Source of the DNA: an uncultured archaeon | Lineage (GTDB): Archaea; Thermoproteota; Nitrososphaeria; Nitrososphaerales; Gagatemarchaeaceae | Length of the DNA: 64,000 nucleotides | NCBI GenBank assembly: GCA_963799775.1 | Contig: CAWCYD010000003.1 | Coordinates: forward strand, 192,001 to 256,000 | Reading direction: 5' to 3' | Shown: positions 32,206-41,825 of the stretch, piece by piece | Position numbering within the stretch: position 1 is the stretch's first letter | Layout of the letters: each line of letters opens with the position of its first letter | The notes under the pieces: model-generated | Databases searched by the model: none | Told to the model about the DNA's origin: nothing | Seen by the model: the letters and a program-made list of their open reading frames with translations, nothing else | Made by a program: the position numbers and the translations under genes

Positions 32206-32267
32206 AGGTCGGGCCTCTGCTATTCCGGATAACCGGCGTGGTCCTGCTCGTCCAGTTGCTCTTGTGA
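32202..32267 (+). pseudogene. Possible truncated membrane-protein gene (MKVGPLLFRITGVVLLVQLLL*)
   Basis: SD plus ATGA overlap with SRPBCC stop; ends after one TM. Confidence 0.4.
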
Positions 32268-32921
32268 CTGCCGCTGTTGGGACGTTGCACCGGGCTGGGC
32301 AGAGGATTCCTTCCCAGTATTGCTAGCTGACATCTTTGCGAGGTAAGCGCTTGTGACCGAACCAGTGTTCGGCTTTGAAAGGAGGTCGTACAGCCTCTCG
32401 AAGAAGAAGAAGTAGTCCTCCGCCGCGTATTTCTTCCGCATCCCCATGATGAATGGCTTCGTCATCTCCCACGCCAACTTAGTGGCGAACATGTCGTCGA
32501 CTATCTCCGGCTTCACGAAGCCCTTCGCGACGAGGAAGCCTAGGGACTCGAAGAGAGATGCGACCTGGAAGAATGCGAGCTGCTTGTCCTCGGGCAGCTT
32601 CACAAATTCCTCGTAAGAGGAAATCTCCGCCCGCAAGACCGTGGTATAAGATCGCTGGACCTCCATGCTGTCCGCGAACTCGTAGATCCTCATGACGAGG
32701 TCCATAGTGGCGAGGTCGCTGCTCTGCGTCACCTGCTTCAAGGTCAGGCTGGCTTGTTGGGCATTCGCGTCCGCCTGCCGCACCGAAACCCTGAGCATCT
32801 CCTTGTCTTGCCTGATCTGGTAGACGACAAAGACGGATCCGAGGATGATGGCAATAGAGCTCAGGATCGATGTGTCTGTCGCAATCGTGCCGACGCTGAC
32901 CTGGAGGGGCGCGATGAGCAT
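32220..32921 (-). CDS. DUF4760-like protein with N-terminal TM
   Basis: TM followed by YQIRQ; FESLGFLV..G; W...KPFI..MR...FFFFERL. Confidence 0.65.
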   Translation of the reverse strand: MLIAPLQVSVGTIATDTSILSSIAIILGSVFVVYQIRQDKEMLRVSVRQADANAQQASLTLKQVTQSSDLATMDLVMRIYEFADSMEVQRSYTTVLRAEISSYEEFVKLPEDKQLAFFQVASLFESLGFLVAKGFVKPEIVDDMFATKLAWEMTKPFIMGMRKKYAAEDYFFFFERLYDLLSKPNTGSVTSAYLAKMSASNTGKESSAQPGATSQQRQSQEQLDEQDHAGYPE

Positions 32922-33039
32922 CTTCGAGGACTTTGGGCCTGCCGATTCAATATAAGCTCTCTTCGAGCCTGTCCGCGATGCCTTGGTCCAAGGTCCGGTG
33001 ACCAACGTTTAACTTACACTGGGAGTCGCGGTCCCCACT

Positions 33040-33339
33040 TTGAAGATTCTGAGGCTCGAGTTCGCGCCGACGGTCTTCCTGATGCTGGCGGTGGTGCAGA
33101 TGGCCTCGCTCGCGAACGCCGGCCTCTTCGTCGATAGCTACGCGGTAGCCGGTCTCTTCAGCTTCTTGTCCTTGGCGAGCGGTCTGGGGGCGTATCTCTA
33201 CCTTCGCCGCAAAGACGTGACGGCGGCTCGCATCGGGATAGCGACCGGGGTACCTCTTCTTCATTATGCTCTTCGCAGTCGGCGAGTATCTCTTCGAGAC
33301 CTACGTCCCGACTTAAGTCCCTTCAACGAGCCTGCTTGA
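33040..33339 (+). CDS. Small membrane protein (3' end uncertain)
   Basis: Hydrophobic segments; TTTAA box upstream. Confidence 0.5.
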   Translation: MKILRLEFAPTVFLMLAVVQMASLANAGLFVDSYAVAGLFSFLSLASGLGAYLYLRRKDVTAARIGIATGVPLLHYALRSRRVSLRDLRPDLSPFNEPA

Positions 33340-34897
33340 CCAGAGTCGGAAGAGGCTTGTGGCTCTCCTGAGCCATCTTGGTGATGCCTCCCGTCAGACT
33401 CTGGCTCTTAATGCCCTTCGCCCCGAGCACCTGAGCCGCGCGCAGTGACGTATTTCCAGACATGCAAACTAGCATGACCTTCTTTTCACCTCGGTCGGAC
33501 TTGGCTCCTTCGTTCAGCATGCCCATCAATCCCTGAGATATCTGCTGGCTTGCGACCAGGTTGACTATGTCCCCTGGGGACGCTATCTTGACCGAGTCCA
33601 GGGGCACGCCGAGAGCGGTGGCTATGAGGTTCTTCCCTTCTTCAGTTGGGACGTATCCCATGTGAGTCCACAGCACCTCTCCGTATCTGTCCGCCCTGGA
33701 TTTGGCGCTTTCCAGAGTCACCTCGAGCCCTTCCTCTTCGTCTTCCTCGTTCTGGACCTTCTCGAGGATTCTCCGGTACTTCTTGGCCCCGTCAGCGAGG
33801 ATGACAAGGTATTTGCCCTCGCCGCCGAAGTTGACCATCTGGAGCACGGCGAAGAGCGCGAGGGCGCTGCTCTCGCCGATGTCGATGCCCTTGTTGACAA
33901 GGAACGCGAAGAGACGCTTGGCCTGCCCGAAATCGACCTCGTGCTCTCCCGCGTACTTCTCAGGCTCGTAGAACCTCAATCCGGTCGCCTTCGACTTGGT
34001 GCGGATCCCAGCCACATCTTGCCCTTCCGGAGGGAAGACCACGTGCACCGTCTTCTTTCCATACTTCTCTTGGACGTATCGGCTGAGGCCGCCAGAAGTC
34101 CCGCCCGTGCCGAACGTGCAGACTATCTGAAATTCGCCCAGCGAGAGCCCTCCCTCGTGAAGCTGTTGGTCGATCTCCGGAGCCGTCGTGCCATGATGCG
34201 CTTCCACGTTCTGCTCGTTATCGTATTGCTGTGGGCAGAACCCTCCATAGGCCTCTGCGAGGAGCTTGGCCAGGTTGATCACGTCCTGTCTCGCTAGGAT
34301 CTCCTCAATCCTTTGGCGCGAAGAGTCGAAGACTCGCGTGTCCAGCCCGATCTCCGCGAACCTTTCCCTCATGTTGGTCGCGACGACCTTTGCGAGGAGC
34401 AGGTTGGGGTCCATCTGCATCCCGGGGGCTGGGCACACGTCCACGTCCAGGTCGACCGTCTTGACGTTGCTCCTCTCGAGCTCTTCCAGCACTCCTTCCT
34501 GGAGCCTCCTTGATACCAGGACGATCACCTTGATCCCCAGGGCTCCCAGCATTCCCAAGGAGATCCCGAAGTTGCCCGAGGTCGCCTCGAAGACGACCAT
34601 TCCCCTCCTCAGGGCCCCAGAGCGGATCGCCTCGTAGGCAATCTGCATCGCGGCCCTGCTCTTCACGGACCCTCCCAAGAGAGGGGCCTCCAGCTTACCG
34701 AAGACCGCGAACTGCCGATCGGAGAAATCGAGACCGTATTCCTCCTTCGCGCAATCCTTCATGACCTGGGTGATGTCGAGAAGCGGGGTAGCGTTCACTA
34801 TCCGGCCCGATTCGGGGTGCGGGACTCTGGAAAGGATCTCCCTTTCAAAGGCCTTGAGAAGGTCGGAATCCACCCCTGAAGTGACGGGCTGTTGCAA
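33323..34897 (-). CDS. Fold-type II PLP enzyme (cysteine synthase-like) fused to a rhodanese-like domain
   Basis: GGSVKSR, EATSGNFG, GTGGT, GESS; C-terminal LVCMSGNTS...SLTGGI. Confidence 0.8.
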   Translation of the reverse strand: MQQPVTSGVDSDLLKAFEREILSRVPHPESGRIVNATPLLDITQVMKDCAKEEYGLDFSDRQFAVFGKLEAPLLGGSVKSRAAMQIAYEAIRSGALRRGMVVFEATSGNFGISLGMLGALGIKVIVLVSRRLQEGVLEELERSNVKTVDLDVDVCPAPGMQMDPNLLLAKVVATNMRERFAEIGLDTRVFDSSRQRIEEILARQDVINLAKLLAEAYGGFCPQQYDNEQNVEAHHGTTAPEIDQQLHEGGLSLGEFQIVCTFGTGGTSGGLSRYVQEKYGKKTVHVVFPPEGQDVAGIRTKSKATGLRFYEPEKYAGEHEVDFGQAKRLFAFLVNKGIDIGESSALALFAVLQMVNFGGEGKYLVILADGAKKYRRILEKVQNEEDEEEGLEVTLESAKSRADRYGEVLWTHMGYVPTEEGKNLIATALGVPLDSVKIASPGDIVNLVASQQISQGLMGMLNEGAKSDRGEKKVMLVCMSGNTSLRAAQVLGAKGIKSQSLTGGITKMAQESHKPLPTLVKQAR

Positions 34898-35020
34898 TTC
34901 TGCTTCTTCGACCTGCGGCCTCGGGCCTCGATATAAGCCAAGTGATGGGGCAACTGTCCCGCCTCGACCAGTGGAAGGGGAAGCAATTTATCGGCAGGTC
35001 GTCAACCGTCAATTCCTCCG

Positions 35021-35545
35021 ATGCGCGCAAAGCCCGTGAACTTCATCGCCCCCGACGCGAAGCTTGGCAAGAACGTGAGGATATGGAACTACTCGTATGT
35101 CGGCTCCGGTAGCAAGATCGGCGACGGAGTCTCCATCGGGTTCCTCGCGCACGTGGACTACAACGTGAGAATCGGCGCGAGGACCAGGATCGAGGGGTTG
35201 GCATACATCCCTCCGCTGACCCGGATAGGCAAGGACGTCTTCATAGGCCCAGCGGCCGTGATCACCAACGACCCCTACCCCACGAGCAAAAAGATGGTCG
35301 GGGTGACCATCGAAGACGGCGCGGTCATAGGGGGAGGCTCCGTCATAAAGGCGGGAGTCACCATAGGAAAAAGGAGCGTAGTCGCGATGGGGGCTGTCGT
35401 GACGAAGGACGTGCCGCCCGGAGTGGTGGTCCTCGGGGTGCCAGCCAGGGTCGCATACACCAGGGAAGAGTATGACGCTAAGAAACTTGATTGGGAGACC
35501 GGAAAGCCCTCACGTAGAGCCAGTCCATCACGAACATCACGATGA
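35021..35545 (+). CDS. Hexapeptide-repeat N-acetyltransferase (WbpD-like)
   Basis: Left-handed beta-helix repeats, ITNDPYP, GAVVTKDVP, GVPAR. Confidence 0.88.
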   Translation: MRAKPVNFIAPDAKLGKNVRIWNYSYVGSGSKIGDGVSIGFLAHVDYNVRIGARTRIEGLAYIPPLTRIGKDVFIGPAAVITNDPYPTSKKMVGVTIEDGAVIGGGSVIKAGVTIGKRSVVAMGAVVTKDVPPGVVVLGVPARVAYTREEYDAKKLDWETGKPSRRASPSRTSR

Positions 35546-35750
35546 ACCAAGAGGCCGCCAGACCGAGAGTCAAGATGATCTTCAGCGCCGAGGAGGGTAA
35601 CGACGCTTCGTGCAGCTGAGGGCCGAGGGGCCTGACCACAACGAAGAACACGTAGGTCGCCCCGAGGATCAGCAGCCACGCCACCGTCACGACCCCCATC
35701 ATCGCAACCAGCGTGCCCTTTGACTTGTCGCCCGAGCTCATAGCAACCAC
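35478..35750 (-). CDS. Small two-TM membrane protein
   Basis: Two hydrophobic segments; adjoins upstream gene. Confidence 0.55.
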   Translation of the reverse strand: MVAMSSGDKSKGTLVAMMGVVTVAWLLILGATYVFFVVVRPLGPQLHEASLPSSALKIILTLGLAASWFIVMFVMDWLYVRAFRSPNQVS

Positions 35751-36772
35751 GTCATCACGGATGTCACGATAGACAAGAAGGCCGCGAAGGCCGTTATCGC
35801 CAGTATCCTGCTGACCAGCGTGAGCTCGTCCAGAGCTCCGCCCAGGAGTATCATCCTAACCAGGGTCGTGGGGGCCTGAGGATCGGTCGAGGCGTGGAGC
35901 TTCATGTCGTCTCCCAGGAACGTCGGCCTCGCGGCCATCTTCTTCCTCTCCACGAGGCCTCGCACGCTGGAGAGGACGTAGTAGGAGTTGATGACCGCTG
36001 GGATGAGGGCGACGAGAGCCGCTATCTCCACCCCTCCCACGATGGAGAGTATGACGTACATGGCCCCGAAAGAGAGCGCCCCGCTGTCGCCGTCGAAGAC
36101 CTTGGACGGATACCTGTTGAACGCGTAGAACGCGGCAGAGGCCGCGAGGAGAGGAAGCGCTATCGCGACCATGGCAGGCGAGGTATTGGGTAGCGCGTAC
36201 GCCCTCAAGACTATCCCGATTACGAGCGCAGCCGAGACTATGGTCGTGAATCCGGAGATCTCGCCGTTGAACGCGTCCAACATGTTGAAGGCGTTCGAGG
36301 ACACAGGGATAGAGGCCACGACGATGAGACCGAATATGATGTAGTGTGTCCCAGTCTGCGTGAAGAGCGGGAAGTAGAGGATAGGGTCGTAGACGTTCGG
36401 GTAGAAGTGCTCAGCCACGACTACGAAGAGAGCGACCACCGCCAAGAGAAAGGGCTTCACGACCCCGCCGAGCCCCTTCAGGTCGTCGTAGACGCCGATC
36501 AGGCCCGCCGAGCCGACCACCACGACCAGCACCAGCGGAAGGGCCGTGCCGTAGAACGCCCAGACGACAAGCTCCCCGACTATCATCGCGACGATGATCA
36601 GGGGGCCTGCTGGCGTGGGGACGCGAACGCTCCCGCTCTTGTGCGCGTCTCCGGTGGTCCTTCCTCTGGAGAGGAGGAACTTGATGTAACTCGGCATGAG
36701 GAGAAGGATGAGGCCAGCAGGTGCCACGAAAGAGAGCGCCAGGGGAAGAAGGTCTCCCCAGGAAGGAAGCAT
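35738..36772 (-). CDS. MraY/GPT family polyprenyl-phosphate HexNAc-1-P transferase (AglH-like)
   Basis: DAHK, GVYDD, NAFNMLDAFNG, FNRYPSKVFDGDSG. Confidence 0.88.
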   Translation of the reverse strand: MLPSWGDLLPLALSFVAPAGLILLLMPSYIKFLLSRGRTTGDAHKSGSVRVPTPAGPLIIVAMIVGELVVWAFYGTALPLVLVVVVGSAGLIGVYDDLKGLGGVVKPFLLAVVALFVVVAEHFYPNVYDPILYFPLFTQTGTHYIIFGLIVVASIPVSSNAFNMLDAFNGEISGFTTIVSAALVIGIVLRAYALPNTSPAMVAIALPLLAASAAFYAFNRYPSKVFDGDSGALSFGAMYVILSIVGGVEIAALVALIPAVINSYYVLSSVRGLVERKKMAARPTFLGDDMKLHASTDPQAPTTLVRMILLGGALDELTLVSRILAITAFAAFLSIVTSVMTWLL

Positions 36773-36882
36773 GTATGGGCCGGTCCGCCTACGTGAACCT
36801 TAAAAGACTTCGAGGCGCCAAAGGCAAGGCGGCCCAATCAAGGATAAATATCGCCCTATCTTGGCGGGGAGATTAGCTTACG

Positions 36883-37170
36883 ATGAACATCAAAGATCTT
36901 AGGGACGGAATGAGGACGGTCGAGACGGAAGGCGAGGTAATCGATATCTCCAGCCCGAGGGAAGTCTCGCTGCGGACCGGCGGCCAAGCAAGGGTCGCGG
37001 ACGCCACCCTCAAGGACGACACTGGCACGATCAAGCTGTCTCTGTGGGACAACCAGATCGACCAGGTGACAAAGGGAGCCCGAGTCAAGGTAAGCAATGG
37101 CTATACTAATAATTTCAGAGGCGAAGTTCAGCTCAATATAGGTCGCTACGGAAAGCTCGAGATACTCTAG
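36883..37170 (+). CDS. ssb: Single OB-fold single-stranded DNA-binding protein
   Basis: IKDLRDGM, VADATLKDDTGTIKLSLW, NGY...FRGEVQLNIGRYG. Confidence 0.92.
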   Translation: MNIKDLRDGMRTVETEGEVIDISSPREVSLRTGGQARVADATLKDDTGTIKLSLWDNQIDQVTKGARVKVSNGYTNNFRGEVQLNIGRYGKLEIL

Positions 37171-37200
37171 AGCTAGCTTCAGCTGAAAGGAACAAGGGGG

Positions 37201-38014
37201 TTGGCGCCTTCCAACGCATCGTTGCATAGGCTGCAAGGAAGAGCTGATCGTCGGAGTCAATTGGACTCCAGGTCTCATGCGGAAGAATCACTTCAGATGC
37301 AAGACGTGTAGGAAGGCTCGCGACCACGAGTACTACCTGGAAAATCGAGATCACAAAATTGCGATGGTGTCACGATGGCAGGAGCTTAATCCTGAGCTTA
37401 CGGCGGAAATCCAGAGTCGCGCCCAGACAAGGCGACGTCTAGAGTCGTACGGTCTCACTCCCGAGGGTTACCAAAAGAAGATCCTGTCTCAACATGGACT
37501 ATGTCTCCTCTGCAAGTACCCATTATTCCTCGACGACAAGAAATCGTTCATGCGCCCTGTTCTCGACCACGATCACTCATTGAAGGGCGAAAAGAGGGTT
37601 CTTCGGGGCATCCTCCACCATAGTTGCAATCTTCTCCTGACAGAGAAAGTCTGCTCGAGGCCGAGCATCTTGCTGGAAGCGATAGCCTATCTGAAAGGGA
37701 GTACGACCGAGATAGCCTACAAGGCCAATGCTCACGGTGCCAACGCTCGATATTACGCCGACTATCTCCAAGCCATTGAACGGCTCCTCGAAGACCAACG
37801 GCGCTCCTGCAAGATATGCGGGTCTGAGTTCACGGCGGACAAGGTCCGAAACCAGTTCGGCATCTTCGAGAGCCGCTCCTTTGATGTCGACCATGGCGAA
37901 TACACCGGGCTTGTGCGAGGGTTGCTTTGTAGGCCATGCAATCTGCTCCTCGGGAACGCGAGGGAGAATCGCTACATCCTAGCGAGCGCCTACAGCTACC
38001 TGACTCCTTCTTGA
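37201..38014 (+). mobile_element. Free-standing endonuclease with N-terminal Zn finger and two endonuclease VII (HNH-type) domains; start uncertain
   Basis: In-frame upstream CIGC...CKTC; CLLC..LDHDH..RGILHHSCN and CKIC..VDH..VRGLLCRPCNLLLG; atypical codon usage. Confidence 0.8.
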
Positions 38015-38081
38015 GCACCTGATCAGACCCCCTGACGGCTTCACATTGCTTTTTATGACCGCGACATTGGGTTCTGGGTGA

Positions 38082-38624
38082 ATGGGCCGAACCGGGAAGG
38101 TCTATCGCAAGATTCGCGCTCGCTTCACCGACCAGCCTACTTTCTTCACCTGGGTGCGAGAGTCCAAGCTCGCCGCATCCGGGCGGCCGTCGTCGGGCGA
38201 GCAGGTGCGATGGCTGCGGGAGAACGGCGTTACCTCCATCCTCACCCTGACCGAAGACCCGCTCCCATCGCAGTGGACCCGAGGCTTGGAGGCTCACCAC
38301 ATCTCTCTCAAGGACCATGCGCCCCTCACTCCAGAGCAGATGATGAAGGGGGCCGACGTCCTCGCCTCCCAACTCTCAAAGGGGAAGGTCGTCCTCGTCC
38401 ACTGCCTGGCTGGGAAGGGAAGGACAGGCTGCGTGCTGGCTGCCTACATGATAGCATACGAGGGCAAGAGCGCTCGGCAGTCGATCGACGAGCTGCGGTC
38501 GCTCAGGGGTGGCTCGGTCGAGTACGCTCAGGAAAGGAACGTCCTGGAGTTCGAGAAAGAGGCCCTCAAAGGAAGACACCAGAGATCCCCGCAGCAAGGA
38601 ACCACAAACCGAAGCCCGCCATGA
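38082..38624 (+). CDS. Dual-specificity/tyrosine protein phosphatase
   Basis: VHCLAGKGRTG (CX5R). Confidence 0.9.
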   Translation: MGRTGKVYRKIRARFTDQPTFFTWVRESKLAASGRPSSGEQVRWLRENGVTSILTLTEDPLPSQWTRGLEAHHISLKDHAPLTPEQMMKGADVLASQLSKGKVVLVHCLAGKGRTGCVLAAYMIAYEGKSARQSIDELRSLRGGSVEYAQERNVLEFEKEALKGRHQRSPQQGTTNRSPP

Positions 38625-39178
38625 GGATGGCGGACGCATACGCTATTGGCCTTGCCAACCTCTCGTATCTTGTGACTCCCTTGTAGACGAGCGTCGTGAA
38701 GATGAGCGTCCACCCGACTATCCCGGCGAAGAAGCCGACCGCGATGTCGCCTCCGAACTCAGCCACCATGCCGGCGCCTATGGCGATCCACCATCCCAGC
38801 TGGTAGGGGTTGGTGAGGCCTATGGAGAGGCCCATCAAGAAGGGGGAGCCCCGCGCGCGTGGAGACGCCCGGCTGGACACTATCGGCTCGCGGCGGAATC
38901 TCACGACGGTCGAGAGGGCAAGATAGAGCATGAGCAACCCGCCGAAGACGAAGAGGAGGGTCCCTCTCCTCGACGGTCACGAGCTTCGAGACTCCAAAAT
39001 AGGTCAAGACGAAGAAGACCCCGTCGGCGACCGTCGCCCCGGCGGTCACAAGCCAGCCGGCCAGCCACATGCGTGCGACCACCTCCTGAGCCGCCAAGGC
39101 CATGACAGGCCCCGGGGGCGCCGCTATGGAGAGGCCCAAGGCGACACCGCTCAGAAGCACTTGGAGCCCCGCCAACAA
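38566..39178 (-). CDS. LysE family translocator (indel near 38955)
   Basis: GLSIAAPPGPV, GATVAD, GLTNPYQLGWW. Confidence 0.88.
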
Positions 39179-39308
39179 GCAGGCCCGCGGTCACCTCCAC
39201 GTCTAAAAGGACTTGCGAGCGCTCCCATTAGATTTCACACGGAGATGCGACGAGGCGTTCATGGCTATGGTATAGGCTTAAATCGGCGACCGCGCCGGAA
39301 CCGAGGTC

Positions 39309-39431
39309 ATGACTCTAGAAGACAAGGTAAGATACGGAATGCTGGCACTCGGTGGCGCATCAGTCGTCCTGGCGACGCTCGGTGTGCACATCTCCCCTCT
39401 CGACGGCTATCTCGGCGGCTGGGGAAGCTAG
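39309..39431 (+). CDS. 40-aa hydrophobic peptide MTLEDKVRYGMLALGGASVVLATLGVHISPLDGYLGGWGS
   Basis: TTAAAT box at 39278-39283, GAGGT just upstream, signal-peptide-like n/h regions; too short for the ORF track. Confidence 0.7.
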   Translation: MTLEDKVRYGMLALGGASVVLATLGVHISPLDGYLGGWGS

Positions 39432-39439
39432 GAAATACG

Positions 39440-39470
39440 GCCCTAGGTCAGATAGACTCTGCCCTAGGGC
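39440..39470. terminator. Hairpin between the convergent peptide and regulator genes
   Basis: GCCCTAGG-T-CAGA-tagac-TCTG-C-CCTAGGGC. Confidence 0.5.
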
Positions 39471-40615
39471 GCTCTCTTAATTTGCAGCAGTAGCTGCTCG
39501 AACTTCCTGAGCGTCTCCTCGGAGTCGAACTTCCAAGTCCTTGACTCGTTGTCATACAGTTTGGGCACGAGCCTGAACGACGCCGAGTGCTTCTGGTCGG
39601 CCATGAACCACCGCGCCTTGTCCTTGACCGGAGTCAGGAGCCGGGAGAGGAACTCCATCGCCTCTGATATCGTCTCCGTCGGGAACGCGAACTGAGCGTA
39701 GTAGCTGTTGCCACCGACCGCCTCCCACCATAGGAAAGGAAGCGTGTTGGTCAGCCCCATCAGAGTGGTCTTCTCGTTCGGGGTAAGGTCCTTGACTATG
39801 ACGTCCACGGGCTGGTATGTGTGCCTCCTGTGCTTGCCCCTGTCGCTTTCGGGGTTGTACGTGGTCCCAATCCAGTTGACCCTGTGCCCCTTCAACATCT
39901 GCCGTCCGAGCACGTGCTTCCGATAATGGAAGCTCAGAGTCTTGTAGTTGATCCCGGTCTCCTTCTGGATCTCTGAGAGAGGCCTGGTCTCATCACGCTG
40001 GAGCCCCTCGATTATCTGGAGGTCGATCCTGTCGAGGTCGCCTCTTGGCGAAGCGCCTTCGATCGGCTCCGGGTAGACCTTCGCCGTCCTGGACCACTCG
40101 AACTCCCAGCGGCCCGCCTCAAAGTCGTATAGCTCCGACTTCATGGGGGCGTTCCTCGCCCAATCGTATCTCGAGAAATCGACGGAGGTGAAGAGCCCGG
40201 CCGACTCGAGCTTGCGCATCATCTCCGTCCAGGCTCCAACCGACTCGGCGGGGACCAGGCCTTGGACGATGTAGTGACCATCAGGGAGGGTTTTGACGAA
40301 GCTCTGGACGTAGCAGATCTGGCTCATCGCCACGAGTATCGACTCGGACTGGGTCTCGAACTCCTTCGCAAAGTCAACGACGGCGACCACCCTCGAGAGC
40401 CCCAGGCCCTCGAAGTTTACCATGGGTTGGAAGGCGATTCCTTGCTTGATCAGCTTCTTGAACCAATAACGCACCGACTCTTTGTGCTCGCCCATCCTCT
40501 TCGCGACCAGCGGGATGTCGGGCCCGACCTCGGTGACTATTCTCACGAACTCTGCGACCTTGGAATTGATGTCCCTAGGTCGTTTCATGTCCTGCATCGC
40601 AGGTTCTGAAACCAT
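39464..40615 (-). CDS. Tandem Lrp/AsnC-like transcriptional regulator (two HTH modules)
   Basis: HTH1 IPLVAKRMGEHKESVRYW; HTH2 LDRIDLQIIEGLQRD..RPLSEIQKETGINYKTLSFHY; internal repeat LYDFEAGRWEF/LYDNESRTWKF; TTAAAT box ~24 nt upstream. Confidence 0.75.
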   Translation of the reverse strand: MVSEPAMQDMKRPRDINSKVAEFVRIVTEVGPDIPLVAKRMGEHKESVRYWFKKLIKQGIAFQPMVNFEGLGLSRVVAVVDFAKEFETQSESILVAMSQICYVQSFVKTLPDGHYIVQGLVPAESVGAWTEMMRKLESAGLFTSVDFSRYDWARNAPMKSELYDFEAGRWEFEWSRTAKVYPEPIEGASPRGDLDRIDLQIIEGLQRDETRPLSEIQKETGINYKTLSFHYRKHVLGRQMLKGHRVNWIGTTYNPESDRGKHRRHTYQPVDVIVKDLTPNEKTTLMGLTNTLPFLWWEAVGGNSYYAQFAFPTETISEAMEFLSRLLTPVKDKARWFMADQKHSASFRLVPKLYDNESRTWKFDSEETLRKFEQLLLQIKRAP

Positions 40616-40756
40616 GGAGGCATTCCATGAGGCGTTGGTATTTAATCTTGTGCGATTTCTCAATAGACCCATAGAGGCACTATACTGTAATTCGGCAAAG
40701 CAGCTTCAGCGACTTCTTCATCTCTATATCGCGGCGCTTGCCCGCTCGCGCGAGAA

Positions 40757-41350
40757 GTGTCTCATGTGAACGTTGGACGGTTCGCGACAGTCAACCTCGT
40801 CTTGGTCTCGCTCTTCGCTGTCGCCCTCCTCTTCGCTCTGGAGACGGCTCCCGAGCCCTATCTCTTCGGCATCGGAGGCCTCGCCGACCTCTCGGGGTTT
40901 CTTGCCCTCGGCTTGATCGCCGCAACGGGCATAATGATGCTATTCAAGGGCAGACTCACCTCACGGGCTGGGAGTCCCGAGCGACTCTGGCGATTGCACA
41001 TCATCATAGCCGGGATCGGAGGGTTCTTCCTAGGGATCCACGTCGTCCTCTTCCTCGCCTTCCCGATCTCGCTCCCTGTCCTGTTGGGCTACGCTGGCAC
41101 CGGGGCCGCCCTCTTCGTCTGGATAACGGGGAGCCTGTATTTCCAGGGCGCGCGCAACTCGATGTTTCTCCACGGGGTGTTCTCTATCGGCGCAGTCTTC
41201 CTCTTTGTCGTCCACACATTTGGGGCGGGCCGGAACATCCCGGTCGTGCTCTCAGGGCTGAGCCTCGCCTTCGCGGCCCTGGCCATGCTCGCCGGTGTCG
41301 CGTGGAAGATAGTCGCTGCTTCTAGGTCAGAGAAAGCTCAGGCCGCCTGA
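40757..41350 (+). CDS. Multi-pass membrane protein with His residues in TMs (possibly heme-binding)
   Basis: About 6 TMs; LHIII..GIH and LHG..VH pairs. Confidence 0.55.
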   Translation: MSHVNVGRFATVNLVLVSLFAVALLFALETAPEPYLFGIGGLADLSGFLALGLIAATGIMMLFKGRLTSRAGSPERLWRLHIIIAGIGGFFLGIHVVLFLAFPISLPVLLGYAGTGAALFVWITGSLYFQGARNSMFLHGVFSIGAVFLFVVHTFGAGRNIPVVLSGLSLAFAALAMLAGVAWKIVAASRSEKAQAA

Positions 41351-41357
41351 GAGGCGG

Positions 41358-41825
41358 TCAGTCGAAGCGGTATTCCATCTCCCAGGTGCGCTTCCATCCC
41401 AGCTTCGTGTAGACCTTCCTTCCCTTGACCGAGGCGTGCAGGAGGATCTTGTAGTATCCCCTCTTCCTCGCCCATTCCATAGCCTCCTTGACGATCATAG
41501 ACGCCAACCCGTTCCTCCTGTATTCGCGAACGGTGTACACCGACATCAAGTATGGTATCAGCCCGGCAGGGCGACCGGGCGAAGGCTGTTGCTCTCGAAG
41601 CCACAAGCAGCCGCTGGCCGCAACCTTCCCTCTGGCTGTCTTCGCTATGTACCCGTGGAAGACCCCTAGTCTCATCATCTCCTTCGCCCACTTCCCATAG
41701 GACTCCTCCAGAGACTGGAGCTCGCCTGTGGTTGAGTCGCTCATCTCCTCGAACATCTTGCTCCTATGCTCGACAAGCACGTCGATGTCTTTCGTGGTGG
41801 CCCTTCGAATCTTGAACGTTGGCAC
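41358..41825 (-). CDS. GNAT family acetyltransferase
   Basis: VYTVREYRRNGLA, LHAS..GRKVYTKLGW. Confidence 0.9.
   Translation of the reverse strand: MPTFKIRRATTKDIDVLVEHRSKMFEEMSDSTTGELQSLEESYGKWAKEMMRLGVFHGYIAKTARGKVAASGCLWLREQQPSPGRPAGLIPYLMSVYTVREYRRNGLASMIVKEAMEWARKRGYYKILLHASVKGRKVYTKLGWKRTWEMEYRFD

Noticed and set aside
24240-33340. tRNA-anchored genomic island
   Set aside because: Accessory-looking genes, but no integrase, no repeated tRNA 3' end seen, and core rpo12 directly follows the tRNA
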